Shown here: piece by piece, positions 30,146 through 39,689 of the stretch | How the letters are laid out: every line of letters starts with the position of its first letter | How positions within the stretch are numbered: position 1 is the stretch's first letter | DNA from: an uncultured Alphaproteobacteria bacterium | Lineage (GTDB): Bacteria > Pseudomonadota > Alphaproteobacteria > RF32 > CAG-239 | Reading direction: 5' to 3' | DNA length: 64,000 nucleotides | NCBI GenBank assembly: GCA_944393225.1 | Contig: CALXZK010000005.1 | Location: 2,767 to 66,766 of the forward strand | Made by a program: the position numbers and the translations under genes | The notes under the pieces: generated by a model | What the model was told of the DNA's origin: nothing | Database searches by the model: none | What the model saw: only the letters and a program-made list of their open reading frames with translations

Positions 30146-30910
30146 TTAGACTTCAAAACTCATACCATCATAAGCGAGTTCAAAATCTTCGGGCAATGCC
30201 GCATGGGTTTCTTCATAATCCACACGCGCGGAAAGATGCGTCAAAATCACACGCTCAGGCTTAATGAGCTCTACAATTTTTTTCACATTTTCCAAATCAC
30301 TATGCCCGTTCTTTTCCGGATAAAGACCATTGTTGCATTCAATCAACAAAGTTTTCACACCTTGTAAAACGGATAATCCTTCCTCAGGAATTTCTTCCCA
30401 ATCGGTCACATACGCAAAATCTTTATGACGAAAAGCAGAACAATGCCAACGATGATGCGGCACTTGAAAAGTTTGAAACTTCACACCACAGGCTTCAAAT
30501 TCGCCGACATTCGGACAAACGCGCCAATGTAAACCAGCGCCCTCTTGCTCTTCTCCGTTAAATAAAAACGGATATTCTTGTTTCAAATCTTTTTGTGTTT
30601 CAGCACTTGACCAAACTTCAATGGGGTGATTGAGGACTGAACAAGCACGAGAAAGCTCCGGTACACTGGCAATATGATCATAGTGAGAATGTGTGATAAA
30701 TACGGCATCTAAATCGGTGATGTCATTCTCATTAATTTGCAACCGAAATTCCGGTCCGCAATCAACAGCAAACTTTTTTCCCTCTATTTCCATATATATA
30801 GCAGCGCGATTACGAATATTTTTGGGATGATTGGGAGTAAGTTTACGCCAACTATTAAAAATCATCGGACAACCATAAGCCGAACCGGAACCAAGAACAA
30901 TCACTTTCAT
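30146..30910 (-). CDS. MBL-fold metallo-hydrolase
   Basis: 254 aa. Metallo-beta-lactamase motif ITHSHYDHI (HxHxDH) plus downstream His/Asp ligands. Confidence 0.8.
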   Translation of the reverse strand: MKVIVLGSGSAYGCPMIFNSWRKLTPNHPKNIRNRAAIYMEIEGKKFAVDCGPEFRLQINENDITDLDAVFITHSHYDHIASVPELSRACSVLNHPIEVWSSAETQKDLKQEYPFLFNGEEQEGAGLHWRVCPNVGEFEACGVKFQTFQVPHHRWHCSAFRHKDFAYVTDWEEIPEEGLSVLQGVKTLLIECNNGLYPEKNGHSDLENVKKIVELIKPERVILTHLSARVDYEETHAALPEDFELAYDGMSFEV

Positions 30911-30913
30911 TTT

Positions 30914-31897
30914 TTATTTTGCCTTTCCTTTATTCGCCAAAATATATTGAAATACAGGGTTAAGAACAGATTTCGTCAATCTTTGAGAAGACGTTTTTTC
31001 AGAAGAAATGTTTTCAACAAACTCTCTAACACCTTTATCTTGTCTGGCTTTTTCACGACGAGACAAAAGCATCAGACAATCAACCATAGCATCTCTGTCC
31101 TTAAAATCTACATTAGCAAGCATCAACTCTAACAATTCTTTCTGAGAAGATGCTGTCTTCAACTTTTCACAATTCTGAAATAAGGGATTGTTAAATAATT
31201 TATGCAAATCAGGAAACGCATGTTGAAACATCTTTTGCTCCCCAATATTTTGCACAAAAGTCTTTCTGTCGGAAGAACGCTTTAAGCTTGCTGTAACGCG
31301 AGACAAACAGCGCACTTTATCTTGCGGAATGTAATGGTATCCGGCAGCGAATAACTTGTTAATTTGCGCAATTGTATGTTGATTACGTCCGTTTTTACTA
31401 ATATCCAAACCATATTTACCAACATTAGCCAAGAAGCGGCGTAAAAGATTATAAGCACCTTCTTTTTCCTGATTACAAGAGATTCTAATCTCACCGCGCT
31501 TAATACCATCAATCGCACCATACTTATCAATAATTTTTGCTTCAACTTGTCCGTTTTTGCGTTTGAACTGAGCATAAATTTTTTCAATATTGAAAATTCC
31601 GTTATCTTCCGGATCCATACAAGAAAAATCAATTTGTCCAAGTTTGGGATGGTGGATAACCGTGTAGATATTATGAGTACGCATCACTTCAGAAATTTCA
31701 ACGCCTTTTTGCTCCAATGTTTGCAAAGTTGCGTAAAATTCATCTTGATTTTTTACACATAAATCATAATCGTTAATTTTCGGATTTTCTTGTGTCAAGA
31801 CGTCCAAAACGGCACCGCCAAACATATATACTTCACTGAGATCGGACTCTTGCATAAATTGATTGATATCCGAAACAATTTTTTTTGAATATTCCAT
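30914..31897 (-). CDS. Putative nucleotidyltransferase (Pol-beta-like NTase fold)
   Basis: 327 aa. N-terminal hG[GS]...DhDh signature: YMFGGAVLDVL ... NDYDLCV. The helical C-terminal domain is unknown. Confidence 0.45.
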   Translation of the reverse strand: MEYSKKIVSDINQFMQESDLSEVYMFGGAVLDVLTQENPKINDYDLCVKNQDEFYATLQTLEQKGVEISEVMRTHNIYTVIHHPKLGQIDFSCMDPEDNGIFNIEKIYAQFKRKNGQVEAKIIDKYGAIDGIKRGEIRISCNQEKEGAYNLLRRFLANVGKYGLDISKNGRNQHTIAQINKLFAAGYHYIPQDKVRCLSRVTASLKRSSDRKTFVQNIGEQKMFQHAFPDLHKLFNNPLFQNCEKLKTASSQKELLELMLANVDFKDRDAMVDCLMLLSRREKARQDKGVREFVENISSEKTSSQRLTKSVLNPVFQYILANKGKAK

Positions 31898-32070
31898 AGC
31901 GATTTTCCTAAGAAAAGTTTTTCAGATATCAGCTTTTCATACAATGATATTTTATTTTTGTCTAGAAAAAATCATAAAAAAATAACATGCGATATTTTTT
32001 TTGAAAAAAATATAAAAAAGAACTTGCCAAATAAAAAAAACTAGAATATATATAGCTTCGTTATCGAGAT

Positions 32071-32145
32071 TGGGGTGTCGCCAAGTGGTAAGGCAACGGT
32101 TTTTGGTATCGTCATTCGTTGGTTCGAATCCAGCCACCCCAGCCA
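32071..32145 (+). tRNA. tRNA-Gln (anticodon TTG); integration target of the downstream island
   Basis: Cloverleaf: acceptor TGGGGTG/CACCCCA, D-arm GCCA-AGTGGTAA-GGCA, anticodon stem ACGGT/ATCGT with loop TTTTGGT (anticodon TTG), T-arm GTTGG-TTCGAAT-CCAGC, discriminator G plus CCA. Its last 18 nt recur at 45095..45112. Confidence 0.85.
32128..32145 (+). repeat. attL core: 18-bp direct repeat (atccagccaccccagcca), 3' end of tRNA-Gln
   Basis: Identical 18-mer at 45095..45112 (attR). The left copy is the tRNA T-arm/acceptor 3' end. Confidence 0.75.
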
Positions 32146-32156
32146 ATTTTGAACTA

Positions 32157-32190
32157 AAGCCTTGTTTTCACAAGGTTTTTTGTTTTTTAA
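32157..32190 (+). terminator. Hairpin plus T-run just 3' of tRNA-Gln(TTG)
   Basis: gccttg-ttttca-caaggt followed by tttttgtttttt. Confidence 0.5.
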
Positions 32191-32208
32191 ATCTAAAAAA
32201 AATCAAAA

Positions 32209-32232
32209 CTGCTAATAACTTCTGCTAATAAC
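32209..32232 (+). promoter_or_regulatory. Two direct copies of ctgctaataac (putative integrase arm-type sites, attL side)
   Basis: ctgctaataac at 32209..32219 and 32222..32232. The same 11-mer or its reverse complement recurs at 44910..44920, 44981..44990 and 45003..45013 next to attR. Confidence 0.45.
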
Positions 32233-32265
32233 CTCACTGTCATTAGGCTAACTTATGAGGTAAAA

Positions 32266-33996
32266 ATGACAATATTCGACCGAGGTTATTCATTCTACGT
32301 TGTGGTAAATATCCCCCGCCCACTGATTCCCATTTTTAAAAGAAAACAGATTTGGAAATCTTTACATACAAGAGATAAAAAAGTTGCAAATATCAGAAGC
32401 TTGTCTACAATAGCTAGAATAAATGCAATGTTTGTAAGGGAAATGCAAATGAAACACATAAAAGGCTTCGGTGATGAATATGATAAAGATTTTGATATCG
32501 AATTTGACCGTATTTTTTCCAGTGTAAAAAGAATTCAAGAGCCTTACGAATATAGTGATGGAGCTATTGAAGATATTGCACTCGATTTTTGTATAGAACA
32601 AATATCTGAAGATAAAGGAAAGGTTATAAAAAGTGTTGATACTCTCAATTATTATAATCTACTCCTCAAAGAATATATTGAGGAATACCATTTAGGGCAC
32701 TTCGCTGCAATTGAAAGCTCCCTTGAAAGATACCTATACTATAAAAAAATGCAAAAGCCGACTGAATCATGTAAAGAAAATATGCTTCGCGCATTTCTGC
32801 TTGCTTTTATTCAATACTTAGAATTTATCATCGAATACATAAAAGGAGCCGAAATTAGAAATTATCCAATAAAGCTCATATCCTCTCCTCCATTGATTGA
32901 ACAACTACAAAAAACAAACCTTGACCCGATTACTTATAAAAAGCCAAATTTAACTTTAAGCGAGCTTGCAGAAACTTATAATAATGAACTCTCCAGAAAT
33001 AATGTATCTCAAGCCCAAAAAAATAAAATCAATCAAAGAATGCGAGTAATAAGCGAATTGTTAAACAATAAAAAGATTCGCGATATAGAACCTGAAGATC
33101 TACAAGAATTAGTCTTAACTTTGCAATTTTTACCATTAAGACTGAAATCAGAACAGATTGCTCATCTTGATAAAATTATTAATGAAAACAAAAAACACCC
33201 TGAAAAATGCATTTCAGACAAAACTCGCGCTGATTACGTTCAATCTTTAAAATCCATCTTTACATGGGCTTTAAAGCGTAAATATATCAGAGAAAATGTT
33301 ATGGATGAAATAGATATACCGTCTCCCGAAAAAACAAAAGAGATTACAAAATACCAGCCGTTCACCGTGCAGCAATTACAAAAAATATTCCACAGTGACT
33401 TTTATTCCAAACATTGGGATAATAACCGACAACGACGTTCTTTCTTTTGGATTGGGCTACTGGGCTTATATACAGGTGCCAGACTTAATGAAATTTGTCA
33501 GCTCCAATTTGATGATATTCAAGAAGAAGACGGTATTAAATTTATCAGCATAAATGAAAATGACGGCAAGCACGTCAAGACTAAGGCTGGTATACGTAAG
33601 ATTCCGATTCATCAAGAGCTTATCAAATTAGGATTTTTGGAATTTGTAAATTTCATGAAAAAACAAAGTCCTACTAAAAACAAACGCATTTTTATGGATT
33701 TAGAGCCAAACACACGCGGAGAGTTGTCTGCTCAACCGTCTAAATGGTTTGGGAAGCTCCTTGATTCTCTCGGTTTGAAGGACAAAGGACTTGTTTTTCA
33801 CTCGTTCCGCCATACTGTTCGAACGGTTCTACGCAATAACAACTGTCCGATTGACCGCGTACAAAGACTTTGTGGCTGGGAGGGTTCTAATTCCCTCTCC
33901 GAACACTATGGAACAATCAGTATCAAAGTCTTAGCGGACACGTTAAACGAGCAATTAGTATTTGAAGGGTTAAATTTGAGCCATTTATACATTTAA
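32266..33996 (+). CDS. int: Tyrosine-type site-specific integrase
   Basis: C-terminal catalytic signature: R in LYTGARLNEI, HSFRHT (H-x-x-R), GWEGSNSLSEHYG (Tyr nucleophile). It sits adjacent to the tRNA. The ORF is long at 576 aa, so the true start may be downstream. Confidence 0.85.
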   Translation: MTIFDRGYSFYVVVNIPRPLIPIFKRKQIWKSLHTRDKKVANIRSLSTIARINAMFVREMQMKHIKGFGDEYDKDFDIEFDRIFSSVKRIQEPYEYSDGAIEDIALDFCIEQISEDKGKVIKSVDTLNYYNLLLKEYIEEYHLGHFAAIESSLERYLYYKKMQKPTESCKENMLRAFLLAFIQYLEFIIEYIKGAEIRNYPIKLISSPPLIEQLQKTNLDPITYKKPNLTLSELAETYNNELSRNNVSQAQKNKINQRMRVISELLNNKKIRDIEPEDLQELVLTLQFLPLRLKSEQIAHLDKIINENKKHPEKCISDKTRADYVQSLKSIFTWALKRKYIRENVMDEIDIPSPEKTKEITKYQPFTVQQLQKIFHSDFYSKHWDNNRQRRSFFWIGLLGLYTGARLNEICQLQFDDIQEEDGIKFISINENDGKHVKTKAGIRKIPIHQELIKLGFLEFVNFMKKQSPTKNKRIFMDLEPNTRGELSAQPSKWFGKLLDSLGLKDKGLVFHSFRHTVRTVLRNNNCPIDRVQRLCGWEGSNSLSEHYGTISIKVLADTLNEQLVFEGLNLSHLYI

Positions 33997-34289
33997 CCAA
34001 TTGATTTTATGTAAAAAAAATAAAAACACCATTTTTCTTCAAAAGGACTTGACTCGTAACGTTTAATGTTTTATAAGCAAGTTACTCTTTACAAGGAGAG
34101 TATCGTTATACATCATCGTGAATAAGTTGTTATTTGTTAGTACCGTATAGTAATATAGTGGCGAAAATGTCGTTAGTCTTTAATAGTTTTTGCTTAGGGA
34201 AAACATCTTACCAAAAGACACTTTTGATACAAGTTATCAAAGGTTTGCTGGTAAGTAGAATAGCAATTTATTTACAGTAAATTTAGACA

Positions 34290-34318
34290 ACTTGGATTTA
34301 TCCAAGTTTTTTTTATTT
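34290..34318 (+). terminator. Rho-independent terminator
   Basis: acttgga-ttta-tccaagt 7-bp stem followed by ttttttttatttt. Confidence 0.5.
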
Positions 34319-34358
34319 TAAATCACCATCTTTACTTCCACCTTTATCTTTGATCGCT

Positions 34359-34411
34359 TGTCAATAATTTGACATTAGTCGATAACATCTTCCGCTGCGT
34401 CTGATTGTCAA
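34359..34411. promoter_or_regulatory. Palindrome tgtcaataatttgaca plus a third ttgtcaa half-site upstream of the rep-like gene
   Basis: Inverted repeat TGTCAA-TAAT-TTGACA at 34359..34374 and a further ttgtcaa at 34405..34411, 10-60 bp upstream of the 34418 start. Candidate operator or origin. Confidence 0.35.
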
Positions 34412-34417
34412 ATTTTT

Positions 34418-35287
34418 TTGATTAGATTAGCGGGAGATGAAAGTAAGCATATGAATTCATATCGCTATAAAATGCGATACGACCTCTTAAAGCTCAAAAA
34501 ATTTGAAACCGATGCAGAATGCTCTGAACGCAACCAAAAAATAATTCGAGCCCTTGAAAAAGAGCACAAGTTATCAAAGGTTGTAGGTCAATGCATAAAA
34601 GGGTGTGAACCGTTCAGTAGGTGTCAACATATCCTATGTAGTCATTGCAAACGAGAATTCAGGCTTCAATACGTGTCAAAAATTTGCGAATTTCTTGCAC
34701 GACAAAAAAGTGAAAGCTGTATTTATGCCGTAACTTTATTGGAGCCTCTCGATGCAAGCTCTACCAAGGTTATTGATATTGCTAAACTAAAAAACACCCT
34801 TTACCAGAGGCTTAAGCGTCTGTTTGGAAACGAAGTCATTGTTATTGGTGGTTTTGATATATCCTTAAATACTGACGCTAAAAACAGTTGGAAGCCGTTC
34901 TTTCACCCACATTGGCATCTTATTTTTATAACAAAGTTAGACGCCCAATATGTACGTGAAAGACTGAAACATTATTACCATCAAACGGATATAATAAAAC
35001 GGCCTGTTCGCGTGGTTAAAGTTAATAGCTATAAACGAGCGGTTTCTTATATGTTTTCTCCTTATTTTTCAAAGCGTGTTCGATTTCTTAACACGAAACG
35101 GAAAGGAAGGAATCCGTTCTATGATGGAAAGGAGTATAAGCTGAACAGTATTGAAATATGTAAATTGGCTAAAAAGCTTATGCATAACAAAGTCCAAGAC
35201 ATGCTGTTCTTATATGGTGGTCGAAAATATCGTTCATCATCTAAGGAAAAGTCTGTCAATGACTTTGAATTTAAAATCACTCAATAA
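34418..35287 (+). CDS. HUH-motif replication initiator-like protein (rolling-circle Rep family)
   Basis: 289 aa. Motif-1-like IYAVTLLEP, HUH motif FFHPHWHLIFI, and downstream Tyr-containing segments (YKRAVSYMFSPYF). Confidence 0.55.
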   Translation: MIRLAGDESKHMNSYRYKMRYDLLKLKKFETDAECSERNQKIIRALEKEHKLSKVVGQCIKGCEPFSRCQHILCSHCKREFRLQYVSKICEFLARQKSESCIYAVTLLEPLDASSTKVIDIAKLKNTLYQRLKRLFGNEVIVIGGFDISLNTDAKNSWKPFFHPHWHLIFITKLDAQYVRERLKHYYHQTDIIKRPVRVVKVNSYKRAVSYMFSPYFSKRVRFLNTKRKGRNPFYDGKEYKLNSIEICKLAKKLMHNKVQDMLFLYGGRKYRSSSKEKSVNDFEFKITQ

Positions 35288-35484
35288 ATAGGTCTAAACA
35301 CCTATTTCATTCAAACTTTTATTAGTTGTTTGAAAATTGAGTATAACACAGCACCTAGTTGCTGTTTGATTAACCTGTACGGTGAACGAAAGTAATAAAG
35401 TGAGTAAAGAAGAATTTACTCATTATGCTCGACTTTACTCAATTATCAACCGTTCACCGTACTCATACCATATGGAGAAAAAAT

Positions 35485-37188
35485 ATGGCAAATTTAAAAT
35501 TAAAAAAGAAATCATTGACTTACTTAGGTCAACCGATTTGTAATAACCTCTGCATTTCCTGCGGAGAAAATATTGAAAATAATGACATATTAATGATTTA
35601 CGAATATGAAAATATCCGAGGAAGTACTGTCAATGTAGCTGTTCCTTTGTCAAAAGTACGTACTAAAAAACTCTTAAGTCAAATCTTGCTAGATAAAGGC
35701 TTTCCTTTTGATTGGAAAAACAAAGAAATGACTGATGAGATTTGCGAATTTTTGAGCGATTATACTCCTTCATCGGTTATTCTGTTATCACCTCAAACTG
35801 GTTGGTATCAATCTGATGAAGGAAAATATTGCTACATTATGCCTCAAAAAAGTTTTGGCTTTAAATATTTTCGCGTCAAATTTGTCGGTAACAATATCGA
35901 CACAAAATATATAAACCAAGTAGGCAACCTTGAAAATTACCAAAAAGCACTCGAATTATGTCAATACAGTCCTGCAACCATATTAGCTGTTGGGGCTGCC
36001 TTAGCTGCTTTTTGCATTGCTCCGTTTGACTTTGAGACTTTTGGTTTGCATTTTTACGGAAAATCTAGTACCGGAAAATCGACTTTATCTAAAGTTGCTG
36101 CTGCAGTATTATATAACCCTGGGAAATTTATCACTTGGAAAACCACAGAAGCTGGTGTTGAAGAGGCTTGTTACAATCACAATGGTCGTTGCGTTGTTTT
36201 TGATGAAGCAAAGTTAATCTCTAAAGACAAGACTAAAATTGCTTCAATCATTAGTGATTTGAGCTATTTTATTTGTAGTGGCCAGACTAAAAAAAGGAGC
36301 TTAGCATACAGTGTTGGTACAGGAACAAGTGTAGGAGCTTGGAAATTAGTCTTCATAAGCACGGGAGAATTTGGCATCATAGAAAATGCTCTCAGCGTTA
36401 ACCACGAAAAAGACGATGGCGAGAAGCTTCGTTTCATCGATGTCCCTGCTGTAGTATCAGAAGAATATGGGGTATTTCGAAAGTTACCAGAAGGCTACAC
36501 TTCATCAAAAGAGTTAGTCTTTGATATTTTGAATTTGGTTAAAAAAAATTATGGGTGGTTAGGCTATAATTTCCTAAAGAAAATGGCTAGTGAACTAAAT
36601 TCAGACCAGCAAGTGCAATTCAGAGAAAACTTTAAGCAACACATTAAATTCTTTGAAAGTGAGTGCTCTGATGGTAAACACGTTGGATATACGGAACGTT
36701 TTTTATCTCGCTTTGCCATCATTTATGCCAGTTTAATGCAAGCTATGGAATGGCAGCTCATTCCTTGGAGTAAAAAGTGCATTTTTAAGGCCGTAAAAGA
36801 GATGTACTATACCTCTTTAAATTGCATTAAAGATGACCAAGACATTCTGCAAGATGGGTTAAATCGACTTGAAAAAATGTTAAACGTCAAAAACGAACAT
36901 TATCATAACCTAGCGACCTTTTCTTCACAAGAAGACATTCTTAGAGCTTGGGGAAAGCCTAATTTCTTTGGCAAACAAAATGGTAAATACTTTGATTGGA
37001 TTATCCCTTCAAAAACTTTCGTATCATGCTTTACCTCCACCAAGCAAAAGGAATTAGTAGAAGAGTTCCTTGAAGACCTCATTGAAAAAAACGATGATGG
37101 CTATGGTTTATGCAGTTTAGGACACAATGTGCGTAAAAGAGCAATTGTCTTAGACAAAGACAAGCTCAAAAAATTATTATCGAAATAA
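35485..37188 (+). CDS. P-loop NTPase, primase/replicative-helicase-like (phage/plasmid P4-alpha/D5-like)
   Basis: The ORF track gives 35425. The ATG at 35485 follows a GGAGA RBS. N-terminal Cys cluster CNNLCISCGE, Walker A GKSSTGKST and Walker B VVFDEA. Confidence 0.55.
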   Translation: MANLKLKKKSLTYLGQPICNNLCISCGENIENNDILMIYEYENIRGSTVNVAVPLSKVRTKKLLSQILLDKGFPFDWKNKEMTDEICEFLSDYTPSSVILLSPQTGWYQSDEGKYCYIMPQKSFGFKYFRVKFVGNNIDTKYINQVGNLENYQKALELCQYSPATILAVGAALAAFCIAPFDFETFGLHFYGKSSTGKSTLSKVAAAVLYNPGKFITWKTTEAGVEEACYNHNGRCVVFDEAKLISKDKTKIASIISDLSYFICSGQTKKRSLAYSVGTGTSVGAWKLVFISTGEFGIIENALSVNHEKDDGEKLRFIDVPAVVSEEYGVFRKLPEGYTSSKELVFDILNLVKKNYGWLGYNFLKKMASELNSDQQVQFRENFKQHIKFFESECSDGKHVGYTERFLSRFAIIYASLMQAMEWQLIPWSKKCIFKAVKEMYYTSLNCIKDDQDILQDGLNRLEKMLNVKNEHYHNLATFSSQEDILRAWGKPNFFGKQNGKYFDWIIPSKTFVSCFTSTKQKELVEEFLEDLIEKNDDGYGLCSLGHNVRKRAIVLDKDKLKKLLSK

Positions 37189-37226
37189 AAATCAAGGCGG
37201 TTGGTTTTCGGACTAGCCGCCTTTTT

Positions 37227-37799
37227 TTATAGGTAATTATATATGGTACGCCTAGATACGCCATATTTTTGAGCTATTGCTGTAATCGGGACGCGTTGAT
37301 TAATAAGCTCCTTTATCTCTGCAACTTGCTCTGCACTAAGCTTCGGTTGGCCTCCTTTATATTTACCTTTAAGCCTACCGAGATTTATGCCTTCTCTCTG
37401 CCTTTCTAATATAAGGTTGCGCTCAAGCTCTGCAACAGCCCCTAACATCGTCATCATCATTTTTTGGTATGGGTCTTGTTTGTCGGGAGCAAAAGTCAAG
37501 TTTTCTTTATGAAAAATAATCTTAGCTCCTTTGTGGGTTATTTCTTCAACCAGATTTAACAAATCTTTTGTATTGCGGGCAAGTCTGTCCATTGAGTGAC
37601 AGTTAACCACATCTCCAGCACGAAGATTCAGCAACATGGCTTGAAGTTCAGGACGGTTGGTATCTTTACCACTGATTTTTTCAACATACTCTCGGTCGCA
37701 AGAAATATCTAAAAGCTGTCGTTCTGTATTTTGGTCGATGGTGGAAACGCGTTTATAATTGAAAATCATATTTTTTACTCCTTTATGTGAAATTGACAT
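37227..37799 (-). CDS. Serine recombinase (resolvase/invertase family)
   Basis: 190 aa. Catalytic Ser in YKRVSTIDQNTERQ, plus a C-terminal HTH (KYGVSRRTIYNYL). Confidence 0.85.
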   Translation of the reverse strand: MSISHKGVKNMIFNYKRVSTIDQNTERQLLDISCDREYVEKISGKDTNRPELQAMLLNLRAGDVVNCHSMDRLARNTKDLLNLVEEITHKGAKIIFHKENLTFAPDKQDPYQKMMMTMLGAVAELERNLILERQREGINLGRLKGKYKGGQPKLSAEQVAEIKELINQRVPITAIAQKYGVSRRTIYNYL

Positions 37800-37888
37800 T
37801 TATAACCCCATTGCGCAGGTGTGCAATAAATGCGGTTTTTGATTTTGTTTTCACAGTTTTTCGCCTGTGAATATAGGGTATACTTTGT

Positions 37889-38416
37889 TTACACAGCCTC
37901 CAGAGAGAGGAAATATACCTGACGAAGACATATTTGATACTTCTTGAAATCAGCGGTATCTATGCTCTTGAGAAGGATATCTTCTAAGTCGGAGCTATCA
38001 TAAAATTGTATTTGGCTTTTGGTTATCCTTCTTATAACGGTGTAGTGGTCGATTTTCTCGCTTCTAATACGAATGTGAGTAACCCTACCCTCTGCGGATT
38101 GTTGTTTTACATAATCGATAAATTCGGTTAAAGTAAGACGCTTATTCCAAAATGGACGATAATACACAAACTTTTTATTGCAGTTAGTTGTCAGCCACTC
38201 ATTTGCATATTTGAAAACAACTTCTAAAAGTCGGTAGTCTGCTCCATTAGCATTTAAATCAAACAAAACATCTAAACAACTAATCCCAAATATCAGATGG
38301 TCATAAAGCTCCTGCCATTCGTTATATTTGAGCTTTAAGCCAAGAGCCTGTAGCGCGTTGAGTGTTGAGTAAACCGAACAATACCTTGAAAAATATCCTT
38401 GGTTAAAAGCTTTCAT
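37889..38416 (-). CDS. Hypothetical protein (last gene of a small three-gene operon)
   Basis: 175 aa. Its start overlaps the upstream gene's stop (ATGA). Has a conserved-looking Cys (SRYCSVYSTLNALQ) and a later His (DHYTVI), but I assign no family. Confidence 0.5.
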   Translation of the reverse strand: MKAFNQGYFSRYCSVYSTLNALQALGLKLKYNEWQELYDHLIFGISCLDVLFDLNANGADYRLLEVVFKYANEWLTTNCNKKFVYYRPFWNKRLTLTEFIDYVKQQSAEGRVTHIRIRSEKIDHYTVIRRITKSQIQFYDSSDLEDILLKSIDTADFKKYQICLRQVYFLSLEAV

Positions 38417-38751
38417 CAGTATTCATCCGCAAACATAATGGTTAAGACACGGTTGGTTTGTGTCTCATCGTCAGGCTGTGGAGAATAAAACTCATAATTC
38501 AAGTCATACATATCAATTTTCCAGAAGATTTGTTGTCCACGATATTCAAAACAGCCAAAGTCGTGTTCACCATACGGATCGTTATCTTCCGTAAAATTAT
38601 TGAAGGTTCTGACTTTTTGCATAATCTCTTGTTGTTGCATCAGTGGTAAAGCTGATACACCGCAAGTCAACAGCACCTTGCCACCTTCAAAAGTCTTACG
38701 GAACTTGTCGTTTTGTTCTGCATTTTTTTTCAAATCAATTTTATTTTCCAT
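38416..38751 (-). CDS. Hypothetical protein, possibly DUF3768-like
   Basis: 111 aa. The motif NDPYGEHDFGCFEY...IFWKIDMYD resembles what I recall of the DUF3768 family. Uncertain. Confidence 0.5.
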   Translation of the reverse strand: MENKIDLKKNAEQNDKFRKTFEGGKVLLTCGVSALPLMQQQEIMQKVRTFNNFTEDNDPYGEHDFGCFEYRGQQIFWKIDMYDLNYEFYSPQPDDETQTNRVLTIMFADEY

Positions 38752-38765
38752 ATCGCACCTCCTTT

Positions 38766-38969
38766 TTACTCAACATCAAACCAAGCCATCGTTGTGGCTA
38801 ATAAATTATTGTAGTCACCGGACATAGCTTCTTTCATAAATTGGTCGATTTCTTCTTGTGGGAGGTGTGCTCGTTGCATAGCTCTCTTACATAAGCCTAA
38901 AATCATAAATGCATTACCGTCTTGTCCCGAAAGCTGAACGGTAATTTCCGGATGTTTGATTTTTGTCAT
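38766..38969 (-). CDS. Small hypothetical protein (first gene of the operon)
   Basis: 67 aa, 14 bp upstream of the next ORF on the same strand. Confidence 0.4.
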   Translation of the reverse strand: MTKIKHPEITVQLSGQDGNAFMILGLCKRAMQRAHLPQEEIDQFMKEAMSGDYNNLLATTMAWFDVE

Positions 38970-39335
38970 TGTTTTACTCCTTTAAAATAAAAAAAGAGCC
39001 TCAACACAAGGTTGAAGCTCAAAACGTTACAATTTAGGTGGACGATATGCCCGATAACAAACTTATTTCTGAATTTGTAGGTTATTGGTGACATATCGTC
39101 CTCCTTTCACACCAAAACAAAACCTTATCCGCTCTGATGAAAAAGCGAACTATAGAGGCCTAAATTTTGGTGATTTATATTTGAAGTCAAAACGAATCGA
39201 CTCAACTTCAAATATAATATATTATAACATATTCTAACATAAATTGCAAGTTTAAAATCAACAAAAATCAAGGAAAATCAATAAATTAAATAATAATTTT
39301 GACATATAAACCAAGTTTATTTTAGGAGTAAAAAA

Positions 39336-39506
39336 ATGAATGAATTAACGACAATTCGAAAAATATTGGAGCGTCTTACAAAATACATCACAAAAAAGAA
39401 GGGATACATTTGTCAATATTGTGGGCATAGAAGCCTTCAACCATATGGGGGTAAATGCACACAATCTAAATCCGGCCACCACCACTACATCGCTGCGGAA
39501 CATTAG
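39336..39506 (+). CDS. Small Cys-containing ORF (56 aa), not in the supplied track
   Basis: A strong SD (TAGGAGT) sits 6 nt before the ATG. Translation: MNELTTIRKILERLTKYITKKKGYICQYCGHRSLQPYGGKCTQSKSGHHHYIAAEH, with C-x2-C...C and an HHH run. Confidence 0.3.
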   Translation: MNELTTIRKILERLTKYITKKKGYICQYCGHRSLQPYGGKCTQSKSGHHHYIAAEH

Positions 39507-39689
39507 AAAGGATAACTTTTAAGACAAAAGTTCTAACAAGAAAAGATTATGCGCACTAACTAAAAACTATCCAGATACTTTTTTCCATATTTTCCTTCAT
39601 TCCTGAAGTCATCGCATTAATTTTGCGACGCGTTGTATATAAATTGCGATTTGTGCATTGATTGGTCAGAAAAACGCGGGGAAAATGCA

